From assembly GCA_003427395.1 (NCBI GenBank), contig BFEA01000033.1, positions 5,042,324 to 5,106,323 on the forward strand: a stretch of DNA of 64,000 nt, read 5' to 3'. The notes below the pieces were generated by a model, which worked only from the letters and a program-made list of their open reading frames with translations, did no database searches and was not told the DNA's origin. The DNA comes from Chara braunii. Lineage: Eukaryota; Plantae; Charophyceae. The translations under genes and the position numbers were made by a program. Positions 1 through 11,443 of this stretch are shown piece after piece (the first letter of the stretch is position 1; the number at the start of each line of letters is the position of its first letter).

Positions 1-109
1 CTTGTCCTGTCGTTTGGCCTGTGAAGGAGGGGCGGTGCTTGCATGTGGGACTTGTCATCTAGGATCCGTTTTTGGTGCTATTGCTTGTTGCCCCCTGTTT
101 TGTTGTATT

Positions 110-365
110 TGGCTGTTCCCTTCCTCTTTTCTTTGCCTCTTTGCGCTTTGGCTGTGTGCAAGTGGGTCGATATGACACACCGGGGTGGGGGCAGCCGCCG
201 CTCAACCTACATCCATGTGGGCGGCCTTGTACGCAAGAGGTTCTGAACAGGGGGAGTTGTAAGAAAGAAGATTAAAAAAAGAACGAATTATTCTTTTTCT
301 TGTTTTCTTCTGTTTTTTCCGCCTTTGCGCTCAGATATTCATGTGACGATATATATATCGTCAAT
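110..365 (+). repeat. Repeat unit 1, homologous to ~815-1040
   Basis: Shared blocks GTGCAAGTGGGTC...GGGGGCAGCC..CGCTCAACCT...GGCCTTGTACG and GCCTTTGCG, followed by an AT palindrome. Confidence 0.8.
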
Positions 366-1009
366 ATAGATAGATGAGGAGAAAAAAAAAAAAAAAAAAC
401 AATATATGAACATCCACGTCATCCTCGGCGTGCCTGTCCTATCTGCCGGGGTGGGGGCTCCTCTTCCTGATTGGTCAATAGAATCAAGCAGGTCAGGAGC
501 AACACTAATTGTAGGACAGAAAACTGCTCTCAAATACTACCAACAGATACGGAGTTGAAGAAAGAAGAAAAAAAAAAAATGAAAAAACGAAAAAGAAGTA
601 AAAGAAAAAAAGGAAAAAAGAACAAATTGCTGAAGAAAAGAAAAAAGAAAACAAGAAAAAAGAAAATAAGAAAAAAAAATGTTGAACTTTGTCGTGACAG
701 TGACAATTGGTTTATCTGTGGGATGTGTCATTTGCTTTGTTTGACTGATAGGCCATCCTCTTCCCTTGTCCTTTCTTTGACTGGATCCCTTTCTCTTTCT
801 CTTGCCTCTGTGAGGTTTGGTTTCCTCCTTTTCTTTACCTCTTTGCCTTTTGCCTGCGTGCAAGTGGGTCCTTGAGACACTGGGATGGGGGCAGCCAGCG
901 CTCAACCTGTCATCCACGTGGCTGGCCTTGTACGTAAGAGATGATGAACATGTGGAGCTTTCCTTCCTTCTTCCCTTTTTTGTTGTGTCTTTTTTCGCCT
1001 TTGCGTTCC

Positions 1010-1081
1010 GATACACGGTGTGATGAATATATATATTCAGCCTCCTGATGAGTCGGTGAAACTCTGACAAAACCGTTTGTC
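1010..1081 (+). ncRNA. Type III hammerhead ribozyme motif HHR1, degenerate
   Basis: CTGATGA at 1045-1051, stem II GTCGG/CTGAC, then AAAAC (GAAAC with G>A). Stem III GATACACGGT/ACCGTTTGTC. Stem I contains the palindrome TGAATATATATATTCA. Confidence 0.75.
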
Positions 1082-1131
1082 ACAGCCCCTCGTTTGTTGT
1101 CCTCTTCTCCCTCTCTGCGTACGGTTTGCGG

Positions 1132-1187
1132 GGCAGCTCTGTTTGACGGCTCCTGATGAGTCGGTGAAACTCCGATGAAACAGTTTG

Positions 1188-1189
<2 letters not shown>
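1132..1189 (+). ncRNA. Type III hammerhead ribozyme motif HHR2
   Basis: CTGATGA (1153-1159) GTCGG TGAAACT CCGAT GAAAC. Stem III CTGT/ACAG, stem I shortened. Runs directly into (CA)n. Confidence 0.8.
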
Positions 1190-1247
<58 letters not shown>

Positions 1248-1282
1248 AGAGAGAGATTGTCATCCTCTTCTTTTCTTTTTTT

Positions 1283-1321
1283 GTGTCATCCTTGCGCAGG
1301 GACCATGCTAATCTTCTCTGT
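1283..1321 (-). pseudogene. U6 snRNA fragment, left of gap
   Basis: GTGTCATCCTTGCGCAGGGACCATGCTAATCTTCTCTGT is the reverse complement of the U6 ACAGAGA box and ISL. Identical to the copy right of the gap, so it may be an assembly overlap. Confidence 0.8.
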
Positions 1322-1473
1322 GTGTGTGTGTGTGTGTGTGNNNNNNNNNNNNNNNNNNNNNNNNNNNNNNNNNNNNNNNNNNNNNNNNNNNNNNNNNNNN
1401 NNNNNNNNNNNNNNNNNNNNNNNNNGAGAGAGAGAGAGAGAGAGGGATTGTCATCCTCTTCTTTTCTTTTTTT

Positions 1474-1533
1474 GTGTCATCCTTGCGCAGGGACCATGCT
1501 AATCTTCTCTGTATTGATCGAGTTTTAACGGAT
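1474..1533 (-). pseudogene. 3'-truncated U6 snRNA copy with A-rich tail
   Basis: Minus strand ATCCGTTAAAA...ATACAGAGAAGATTAGCATGGTCCCTGCGCAAGGATGACAC followed by AAAAAAAGAAAAGAAG. Confidence 0.88.
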
Positions 1534-1909
1534 CTCCCTCTCTTCCTACGGTTCACCGGGGAGTTTTCTATGACGACATAAGCACTAGTCACCCCGTGCT
1601 TTTTTTGTGTGGAGGGTGGCAAGACGCTCAGTCTGAAAGTCTTTTGGGTATGTCTAATCGGTGGTACCTTTAACCACCTCGTGAAGGGTTTTGAATCGTC
1701 TGCCCAACACTGCCTTCATTGCCTGAGGTCTTTAGGCATAAAAATGCTTAGACTAGGGCTTTCCTCGATGCGTCTATCCCTATTTCCGACCAAATTCAGT
1801 GGCAAAAGTCGTAGTGTGAGGATGCCCTTTGTGCATTCTTCTGCTTGCCAGATCGCCATCTGTCAGAAATCTGCCTTTATCCGATAGGAACGAAAGGGAG
1901 CCTCCCCAC

Positions 1910-2144
1910 TAGAACGTGGTTCTAGCATCCCAGTCACAGTGAACCCTCAGTCCGTTTTGGTTCTAGGACCAAAATCAGAGCGATTCCTAGCAGTCTGTGG
2001 TTCTAGTACCCCAGTCACAGTGAACACTCAGTCTGTGGTTCTAAGGACCACAATGGCCCACACCCAGCAGTCTTGTGGTTCTTTTTTTTTTTTTTAACTT
2101 GGAACCATTTCTCGATTAATGCGTGTCATCCTTGCACAGGGGCC

Positions 2145-2176
<32 letters not shown>

Positions 2177-2280
2177 ACGGATGTCCTGAAGGACTCAGTC
2201 TTGTGGTTCTAGAATCCCGGTAGCAGCGATTCCTACCTGTCTGTTGTTCTAAGGACCACAATGGCCCACACTCACAGTCA
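1910..2280. repeat. Degenerate GTGGTTCTAG-containing tandem repeat
   Basis: At least six TGGTTCTAG/TGTTCTAAG-like units. Hosts the U6 retrocopy. Confidence 0.7.
2083..2194 (-). pseudogene. Full-length U6 snRNA retrocopy
   Basis: Near-complete plant-type U6 (GTCCTTCAGGACATCCGTTAAAATTGGAACGATACAGAGAAGATTAGCATGGCCCCTG...TCGAGAAATGG) with a poly(A) tail. Perfect 15-bp TSD CAGTCTTGTGGTTCT at 2068-2082 and 2196-2210. Confidence 0.96.
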
Positions 2281-2309
2281 GAGGAGGACTCGCAGTTGAA
2301 AGATGACTA

Positions 2310-2414
2310 CCGTCTTCCCCCGAACACAACGCACCCTTATCTTGGCTGTACCGGAATGGAAATATAGCTTGTATACGTTCATTTTCAGGGTGCGTTATGT
2401 TCGGGGGAAGACGG
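2310..2414. mobile_element. 105-bp MITE, Tc1/mariner-pogo-like, TA TSD
   Basis: TA|CCGTCTTCCCCCGAACACAACGCACCC ... GGGTGCGTTATGTTCGGGGGAAGACGG|TA. Partly re-duplicated at ~2485-2640. Confidence 0.88.
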
Positions 2415-3576
2415 TAGCAGTCACAACAGGACTTGCAGTCACAGGAGACCTCGCTGTCACAGGACTCAGAGCTCCAAGCAGGTTCGCACCCTTATCTTGC
2501 CTGTACCGGAACAGAAATATAGCTTGTATACGCTCATTTTCAGGGTGCGTTATGTTCGGGGGAAGACGGTAGCAGTGACAACAGGACTCACAGTCACAGG
2601 AGACCTCGCTGTCACAGGACTCAGAGCTCCAAGCAGGTTCCTCCCCTCACGCCTCTCTGCCTCCTTACATCTGATGCTCGTCCTCCCTCTGCACCTGTTT
2701 TCAATAGCTGCTGTCTTTTTCACCATTCAGGCCTCTTAGCTGAGAAGGGACGCATCACTATGCTGCTGCCGCTGCTGCTGCTTCTCAGCTGAGAAGGGAC
2801 GCATCACTATGCTGCTGCTGCTGCTGCTGCTTCTTTTTAGAAAAGCAAGCTGATGTTTATTGCGGTTTTTGCATGTACTGTGCAGCTCTTCACTTTGTTT
2901 CATGTGCTGTGCACATGGTTTTACAGTACTGATACAGACCGTATATCGCACTGTACGCTGCCCTAATCACGTACTGATACAGACGTTGTATAAGGTCTCG
3001 TTTTCTTTCATGTACGGTGCACTTCCCTATCCAATGCAGCTCTTCACTTTATTTCATCTGCTGTGCACATGGCGACTTTTACAGTAGTGAGACAGACCGT
3101 ATATTGTACTGTACACTGCTCTAATCACCTACTTATACAGACCTTGTATATGGTCTCATTTTCTTTAAAGTACTGTACACTTCCGTAGCCATGATGTTGG
3201 AATTACATCTCCACTGCCCTGGAATAATTCCGATTTTCATCTACAGTACTGATGACAGACCTTATGCTTCATCCTCTATTGCTTCTTGAATAGTATTGAA
3301 AAAATTACATCCGCTGCACCCTCTGTCCTCTTGTTTATTCTCTGGCAGCTTCTAATCGTGACCAGGAATGTAATTGCATTTGCCATCATCGCTATTTGCA
3401 GGTTATATTTTTATTGGCGCCGTGTGTCTGTAAAGTTGCTGAAGCTTCCTCCTTGATTGGGTACATCTTGTGGATCTTCTTCTGAATGTCATGCCCACTT
3501 TTTCTCAGAGGATAGAGCATAAGGCATGGGTGACAGTGTCTGACGATCAGTTTTTGTGTGTGATCTCATGGTGCAA

Positions 3577-3683
3577 CGGTCTTCCCCAAATAGAACTCGA
3601 TGGTTATTTTCACTGTATTTATAGATTGGAAGTTGCCCGAAAGACAGTTACAGTTGACCGTGTGTTCTATTCGGGGGACTCGG
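3577..3683. mobile_element. Degenerate MITE, same TIR class
   Basis: CGGTCTTCCCCAAATAGAAC ... GTTCTATTCGGGGGACTCGG|TA. Confidence 0.6.
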
Positions 3684-4062
3684 TAGCCTTGGATAAGATT
3701 TCAAGCCTCCCCTTTTTCTGGTTTGCCATGCTATATCATCCACATCACTTGTATAATTCTTGTATGCCACCTGTGCCGATGAGATCATACTTCTGACGCC
3801 TGACTCAGTGAGTGAGGACTTCTCTGCTGCTACTTGTCTATTGTCTAAGGGATGTGTTCGGCATTTCGCGTTCTACACCAGAGATGCGTATACGTGGTTA
3901 CCTTTCTGTGTTCTGGTCGTCTTGTGTTTCTGCTGCCTACCCTTTTCCTTCGCCAATATTGCACGCATTCATATGTAGGGCTATATGCTGTTCGCTGTGC
4001 ACATGCGGGGAAATTATTTGACATTGTTTAATGTGGATGTGCGGGTACTCACCGACACACAT

Positions 4063-4065
<3 letters not shown>

Positions 4066-4126
<61 letters not shown>

Positions 4127-4127
4127 N

Positions 4128-4200
<73 letters not shown>
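4066..4200. repeat. (CA)n(GA)n compound microsatellite
   Basis: Directly visible. Similar compound tracts at 1189-1256 and 21176-21260. Simple tracts at 7705-7850, 12056-12181 and 53680-54095 (CTT)n. Confidence 0.95.
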
Positions 4201-4205
<5 letters not shown>

Positions 4206-7135
4206 AGATGTATAGGGATAAACAGACGAGCAGATGGATGTGAGGATGGACATAGGAAGGCGGTGCACTGTAATTTTTGCCTAGATGCGAAGCCTGGTTC
4301 TGGTATGGGTTTGTGTTATCAGGTGTACTGACGCTCGGCTGTCCGTGGAGGTCGCACGTCCAGGTTCCCGGCTTGCACATGGCATCCGTCCTTGCTTTTA
4401 TGTTTACCAGCCACCAGCCAGTTCTGTTTTGATGGCCATCCATTATGTGCGAGCCACTCCTTTTTGCAATATTCCTCCTCTCACTTTCTCTCATGTACAT
4501 TTGGGCGCCTGCCCTAACTTCCTGTGTTCCAAATGCCGTCTATGTTTCTGCAGTGCAGATCATCATCTTTGGCTTCCCCCGCGGTCTTATTCTCTTTTCT
4601 TAGTTTTTAGCATGTGTCAACTTTTTCCAGGCATCATCGAGAATTTTCTGAAATCACGGCGAGTTTTACCTCACATTGTCTCAGGCATTGTGTGCTCTCC
4701 TCTCTCATATTCTGTCGCCCTGGAGTTCTCCTGCTCGTGCTCCTAGTCCAGCTTTTATCTCGCATGTGCATGTCATGCACCCTCTCTTTCCTATTTTCAC
4801 AGGCCACGAAGTACCCAGCAAGGGCCCCCTGTATAAACTATACACCCCTGTGTCTAATACAAATGCTTGTCTTGGATGTGCTGTCTTTTGCCACTTCAAT
4901 GCCTCCTGTCTGTTTCCCCCTCTCTCTCCCTCCCTCTCTCTCTCTCTCACACACACACTTTTTCCACCCCTTGGCTTTCCTGTCTGGTCTTGTGTTCTCC
5001 ATTCGTCTGGTTACGTACTTGCTGTTGGCTCTCCTGTTCTTCTCTGTATGCCTTTCTCCTCCCTTGCACCCTATGTATGCCTCTTTCTTGTCATCCGCTT
5101 CCTTATCGTCTGGGCCAATCCTACCTCTACTAAGCTCTTTGACTTCTCTGACACATGTCAAGACATGCACGTTGCACTGTTAATTGAACTTGTTGATGCT
5201 GCAATTGTTATTGTTGCATAGCATGGACAATCTTGTTCTTGTTATCGCTTGGCTTTTTCCGAGTTTCCCACCACCACTGACAGCAGTTTGACTCTCTGGT
5301 CGAGGGAGAATTGTTTCTGGCGATAATTTTGGTTGGTGGTGTGGCCTTTGGTGGTATTTGTTGTTCGTTGGGGGGATTGGGCTCTGGTTGAGGGAGATCA
5401 TCATCTGGGAGTCGGATGATGTTTCTCTTGAACGGTTTTAGTTGGTGAGGCGGCTTTTGGTGGCATGTGTCGGCACGTGTTTATTTTTGGGTGTTATAGA
5501 CTTGTGGTTCTCCAGCATCATCTTCATCGACTTGTAAACCGTCACCATCAACGTTGACCTTGCGATCATCCCGACCATCGTCGTCATCTACATCTATGGA
5601 TTGTGGAACGCTGCCGTCTCCAGCACAACCACTGTCATCTTCTTCGCCACTGCCATCGTTGTCATTGTCGTCATCACCGTCGGCATCATCATCGTCATCG
5701 TCATCACCGTCATCATCATTGCCATTATCATCGCACTCAGAACGCGTGGTGCTTCGATCATCATCATCATCATCATCCTCGTTTCTGCGGTCAATCTGTG
5801 GCTTGCCGCTTGTAATTGCGATCACGTGGATGCTGATGGGGTTAGCCAAGCCCAGAATACACAGCTTGGTTGTTATCCTGTCACCGGAGAGGAGCACCAC
5901 TGTGCCACTCATCCTTGTTGTCATCGCTATTGTTGTCACGTTGATGGTGCACGTTTTTTCGGCAATCAATGCGGTGGTGTGTCAGTTTGCGACTGGAGAG
6001 AGGAATTTTGATAGAAGGGACACTTCTTCTGTCCTGCCTTCTTCTCCTCATCCTCCCGCTCCTCAGCCAGGACAGCAAGCTGACTCTGGCTGCGGAAGTT
6101 CTTCTGTAAGTCGGATGGGAGAAGAAACCTGTTGTGATGCTGCCTGTGGCTGTGCTCCCGATGATGCCACACTTGTTCGTACCTCCCTCTCTAGATGTCT
6201 GCGCCTGTTGAAACCACAGCAGCAATCTCCATCCTTTTGTTTGCTAACTGGGGGGGTTGAAGGCTCTCCATCCCTTTCTCTTGAGACGTGCGTGTGTGTG
6301 TCTATTTACATATTTCTACCATATCACTTTTCCGTCCTCCCTTAAACACATTTCTACGATATCACTCTTCATACGCCCTGTTACCGTCCTTGAATCCTGC
6401 TTGGTGGTCTGTGGACTACTGATCACATACGCACATAGTACTTGTGTGCCTCCGTACATCGGTGTAGGAGGCTGGCTTTCCTGGCATGTTATCATTTCTC
6501 TGCAGTAGGTTGATAAATATGTGTACCTTCTACTCTCTTGTGGAAGTGCTGTGTCAGTGGTGATCGCCTTTTCTAGATTCTTGGGGTCTGAGCTTGGGGT
6601 TGAGATGAGATGTGAGGTGTGAAGATTGGTATGCTGTATGTTGGAGGTGTGAATAGAGTCTGTAGATGTGTAAAGACCAAGTGGTTAGGTTGTGGGAGAG
6701 GGTGATGTGTGTCTGTTGGGCTTGCATTTGGGAAGGTTTCTGCCTGCTGAATCTTGTTTTGTTGCTATCCCATCTTTCCCCTTTGCTGTCTATAACATGC
6801 TTTCGCTTGTAGTCATTTATTCTTACTTTCCTTTCATTCCTGTCTATCCCTCAGTGTAGAACTTAGTGCTGACAAGTGTAAAGATGTAGCTTGCCTCTGA
6901 CATTCACCCGGGTGTGGATCGGCGCTGTGGTTCCTGCCCTGCTACCTTGCACTCTTCTCTCCTCGCTCCCATCTTATCCTCTCCGTTATCCTTTGTCCGG
7001 ATTTCTTGCTCATGCCTGGGCTTCTTCCTCATATCACCCTCTCTTAGTGCTCTTCTGTTTCTTCCCTTCCTGTGTGTCCCTCCATCTCCTTCACTCTCCC
7101 TTCCCCCTCTTCCTACTGTTCAATATCTTTGTCAG

Positions 7136-7516
7136 GTTGAGGAGTTCTTTACCCCAATAGGGTCGAAGAGGTACAGTGCATCTCATAAGGATGGAATGGA
7201 CGACACGACCGAGGCCCCCGATGAGAACACAGATGGAGTCTCAAGCTTGAGCAGGGAGATTGGGAGGGAGACTTCAGAGACATCCCCCTTGGAATCAGAC
7301 TACCCGGTTGTGGAGAGAAGAAAAAGGCTGCCCGAGCCAAAGCAGAAAGAGAAATCCGTCAGTTTGTGGTCAATCATAAAGGAAAACGTTGGGAAAGACC
7401 TTACCCGGGTCTGCCTACCAGTCTATTTCAATGAGCCGCTATCCGCTTTGCAGAGAGCATTTGAAGAGCTTGAGTACTCATATCTTCTGGATCGAGCATA
7501 CAAGCTGGGTAAACAG
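7136..7516 (+). CDS. OSBP/ORP oxysterol-binding protein, internal exon A
   Basis: Pyrimidine tract + CAG acceptor at 7133-7135 and GT donor at 7517. Encodes [61 protein letters not shown], the start of the ORD domain as in plant ORP1/ORP2 proteins. 381 nt, phase 0. Confidence 0.93.
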
Positions 7517-7699
7517 GTTCGTCTCCATGCAGTCCCTTCTCGTGTCCCCTGCCTCTTGCCTTGTTTGTTATTTTCGTGGATGATTATGGCCTTTGTTTTC
7601 TGGCATGCCTTCTCTTCTTTGATGGTTTATTCTCCCCTCTTCGTCGTCCATCTTCCGTCCATAATTCCACATTCAATCTCCGTACCTCTCGACCTTCTA

Positions 7700-7767
<68 letters not shown>

Positions 7768-10700
7768 NNNNNNNNNNNNNNNNNNNNNNNNNNNNNNNNN
7801 NNNNNNNNNNNNNNNNNNNNNNNNNNNNNNNNNNNNNTCTCTCTCTCTCTCCCCCTCTGTCTCTCTCTGTCTCTGTCTGTGGTTGTCAGTTTTCCCCACT
7901 TTCTCCATTATTACGACATTCTTCCCGGTCCTCTCTTCCTCAGATTTGTGCACCTGCTTTGGCATCTTCCGTCTTTCTCTGAGTTACCCCCTCTGTGGCT
8001 GATTGACAACTAAAAATCGTCTGGCCAGCCTTCTCCTTGCTTTTCCTAGTTGCTGTTGTGCACGTTTTCCTCCCTTTCTTGTGCTTTCTTGCTAATCTCC
8101 AGGGCCTGGAAACACTTACAGACCCATTTTAGTCGGTGATTTTTTCAAGCCTTTCTGTCATATGCCTACTATTGTGTGCCTGTGATGCATAGTCGTGGAT
8201 CTGTTTTCTGCGGATAAGTTGCACAGGATGCAAGTAGAGTCTGAAAAGAAAAGACACTCTCTCACTACTCTGGTTTGTGATGATTCGATTCCTCCCGTCC
8301 CTTCCTTTCCGCCTTTCCTCCTTATCTCCCTCCCTTTCCGATTGTGATAAATTTTGAATTGCGATAGGACTGGGCTGTTTATGCTGTGAGATGAGCTGGT
8401 AGAAGTTATACTCTGTGACACCAGCTCTAAATCTGGTATAATGTCAAGTACCTTCTTAATTTCTTAAAGCTAAAAATATGGGTTTTGCAGTGGTGCAAAT
8501 GGACTTGACAATAACGACAGCGAGTGTCAATCTAAAAATGGTTAGATGAGATTTTCGGCAAAAAATTGTGGTCCTTTTTGTTTTTTTTGTTTTTTTCCCC
8601 CCAGCTGTTCGGCTGTGTACAATTAGCTGGGTAAAACGGGGTTCATGGTCTCAGACGATCGACTTCCCAGGAATGTGTGCCAACACACCTGCGTATTATG
8701 GAAGTAAAACTCAATAGCATGTCTAGCTTCTGCTCGATTCCCAGAGCTGAAAACACTGCACTGAAATGTAATCAGTATTGCTCATCAAACAGTGTCAAAG
8801 ATGTCTTCCCTGTTTATCTGCCAGGCGAAGGCGGGTTTGATCTCTTGACTCGGTAGTACATTGGTATCAGGTTTGGAAACCATTCAAAATGTCAATAAAT
8901 AGCTTGCGTGGTTGATGATGTGAGGAGCCGTGATGTGAGAAAGCGGATTCATTGCTTCACTTCGACCCTAAGGGTTCAATAGGAGAGGGACAAAGTGGTA
9001 GACACTTCACGTCCGATCTGATGCTAGCACTCACAACATCATCTATCAAGCTGGCCCATTCTTTGACAGGCTTTTGTTCTTGTCATGGATTTGGCAGTTT
9101 TCAACGAACAGTTGGGGAGAGAGGACTGTTGCTCTTTCCTAACCCAGGATGTGAGGCCCAGTGCATCCGAGTCCATGAAATAGAGTGTATGCAGTGATGA
9201 AGCCACTGTTTCATCGAGTCACATCTGATAGCTGCTAAATAAATCAGAGTGAGAAGATGAAGGTGGAATGGCTGGTAATCGTCTCGACTCCCTTTCTTGT
9301 TTTACCCTCCATATCAAAGCTTTCTGATATGATAATTGCCCAGGTAGTGTCTGATGCTGGTAGAAGATAGTCTCTGGAGCACATATGGGTTTGCGACGTT
9401 GGCAATAGGTAGTGTCTGATGCTGGTAGAAGATAGTCTCTGGAGCACATATGGGTTCGCGACGTTGACAATAGTATTCTACCGTATCCCAAAGGATAAGA
9501 CATTGCACAATCCCGCAATTTATTCGGACATGGTACGCTCATTTCATCTGTCCGCTCATCGCGACCTTGACCTACCCTCCTGAATTTGTTGCTGGCATCC
9601 TTCATTGTCGTACCACTTGGGACCACCACTGATGGATGGTACTCTCATGCACTTCCCTTCTGAATTTGTTGCTGGCATCCTTGATTGTCGTAGCAGTTTG
9701 GACCACCACTGATGATACTCTCATACATATGTTGTCCGATCATATGGAGCTCGATGAAACACACTGTTGTATCTATACTATGATGAATCCCCTCCTGATC
9801 TTTGCAGAATTGCCAGTGCCACAGAGAAGGATTATCTTTTCTGCTTCCTGCCATGCTCGCTCGTCTACCTATATAAATCATTTGTGAATGACATCCATAG
9901 GAGCAATTGGCTAGCAAGACATCACTTCTGCATATTTGAATGATGCTTGCAAGGGGTGATAACCGTGATATCCACTTTTTGTGAGAAAAGCAATGTGCTG
10001 CTTCAAGAGGCTGGCACCCAATGATGCTGGAGTGTCCGGAAGGTGGGGCTTGGTCCTAACTTCGGTGCACCCTCTCTCTCTGGCCTCTCTCTGCACACGT
10101 CGACTTTACCACTATGTCCACCAGTCTTCCTCACGATAGTATTGGTGCGCGATTGTGGCAAAAGCAAATGATGAAGCACCTGCTATGCCCTTCGTGATGC
10201 GCAAGAGGAATCTTGTTATTTCTGTTTGCATGGTGATTTGAGGATCCCATTCTGGCTGGTGGGACAACTGATTCAGGCGCTGACACTCTTTTCTCTCTGG
10301 TTCTTTGACACTTGTGGAACTTATGTTGTCACTCACATCTATCCGTAAACTGCGTAGGGTATGCTTGGGAATCAGGTTGTTGGTATTCCTGCGGAAACCA
10401 GCGCTGGCCTGGAGATCGACAAGAGGTTGTACTGGGATGAGCCCTGCTTCGTTGATGGTCCTGGTTAAGGTGATCTTCATGCTGCTTGGCAGTGTGCATT
10501 CATGTGTCACCTCATTGAGGCTGTTCTTTCATGGGGTCGACTGCCACAAAACAGCAGTGCATATGACTCCTGTACTTTCTGGGGTGCACACCTCTGCGTT
10601 CACCATGATGGCCTGCTTTGCATGACCGTCTCTGATGAAGTGGCTTCCCTGCTATTTGGTATCCCAATGCATCATCCAACATTCCTTCCCTTCATCTGCT

Positions 10701-10983
10701 GGGCACAGTTGATGAGACAGGAATGCGTTTTTAGCAGTTTGCTATGACTTCAGACCTGCTTCCCCTCATCTGCTGGGCACAGTTGATGAGACAGGAACGC
10801 GTTTTTAGCAGTTTGCTATGACTTCAGAACTGATGTGGCAATGCCTACCCCCTGCATGTTTCCTCATTCATACACTCCAACTCTGGCCAGGGGCCGAACT
10901 TTCTACGTCCATCCCTGCCAGCACTGGTAACTTGCCTCTCACAATTGTTTTGATGAATGTTCTGGTGAGTTTCTGTGTATTCA

Positions 10984-11443
10984 CTAGGAAGATTTTCGTG
11001 ACCGGCCGGTCAGCAGGGCGTGACGCCCGGGACACCCGGGCATGGGGGAAAAAATAAAAAGGAAAAAAACAAAAAATTGGCGGTGGGGTTTTTCCGTGCT
11101 CTCCGAGAGGAGCCCAAATCTGGGCTCTCTTTTTTTTTTTGAGCGTTGGCTGTCAAGGGGGGGGAAGGGGAGTATAAATGAATGTTAAAGGGGCTAAGGG
11201 GGTTTTAAGGGGGGTGCTTTCGTGTGATTTGGTTATTTTCTTTTTTTATCTTCAGTTCCGTGAGGAATTCTGATGTGACCCTCAGCCAAAAGTTGTTTGT
11301 ATTGCAATTCTACACAACTTTCTTTTTTTTCTTTTTTGCGCTGGGGCTACCCGAGCCCATGCCCGGGGTTCATGCCCGGTCGGTCACCCGGTCGCCAAAC
11401 CCGGTGTGACGTCGGGACCCGGGCCCCCGGGATATCTCCCTAA
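10984..11443. mobile_element. Non-autonomous hAT-like element, CTAGG family
   Basis: Termini CTAGGAAGAT / ATCTCCCTAA, 8-bp flanks TGTATTCA/TATATTCA, CCGGG-rich subterminal repeats. Internal GATGTGACCCT.AG.CAAAAG motif shared with 60133-60407. Confidence 0.7.

Larger units (their letters stand above)
815..1190 (+). mobile_element. Repeat unit 2 with two tandem hammerheads; candidate retrozyme or Penelope-like terminal repeat
   Basis: Homology to unit 1, two HHR cores 108 bp apart, and termination in (CA)n. Confidence 0.55.

Noticed and set aside
150-240. HDV-like ribozyme on the minus strand
   Set aside because: A P1-like helix is present, but no recognisable P3/L3, P1.1 or catalytic-C junction. 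Kept only as an unassigned structure.
362-406. Tiny poly(A) insert flanked by CAATATA
   Set aside because: A 7-bp AT-rich repeat can arise by chance. Insufficient support.
2083-2194. Functional U6 gene
   Set aside because: It has a poly(A) tail and TSD, and upstream lies the TSD rather than USE/TATA elements.
1910-2280. CRISPR-like repeat-spacer array
   Set aside because: Eukaryotic context, degenerate repeats, spacers similar to each other, and no cas genes.
5481-6345. Long overlapping D-rich, S-rich and H-rich ORFs
   Set aside because: These come from degenerate (CAT/CGT)n low complexity that is open in several frames. No domain or splice support.
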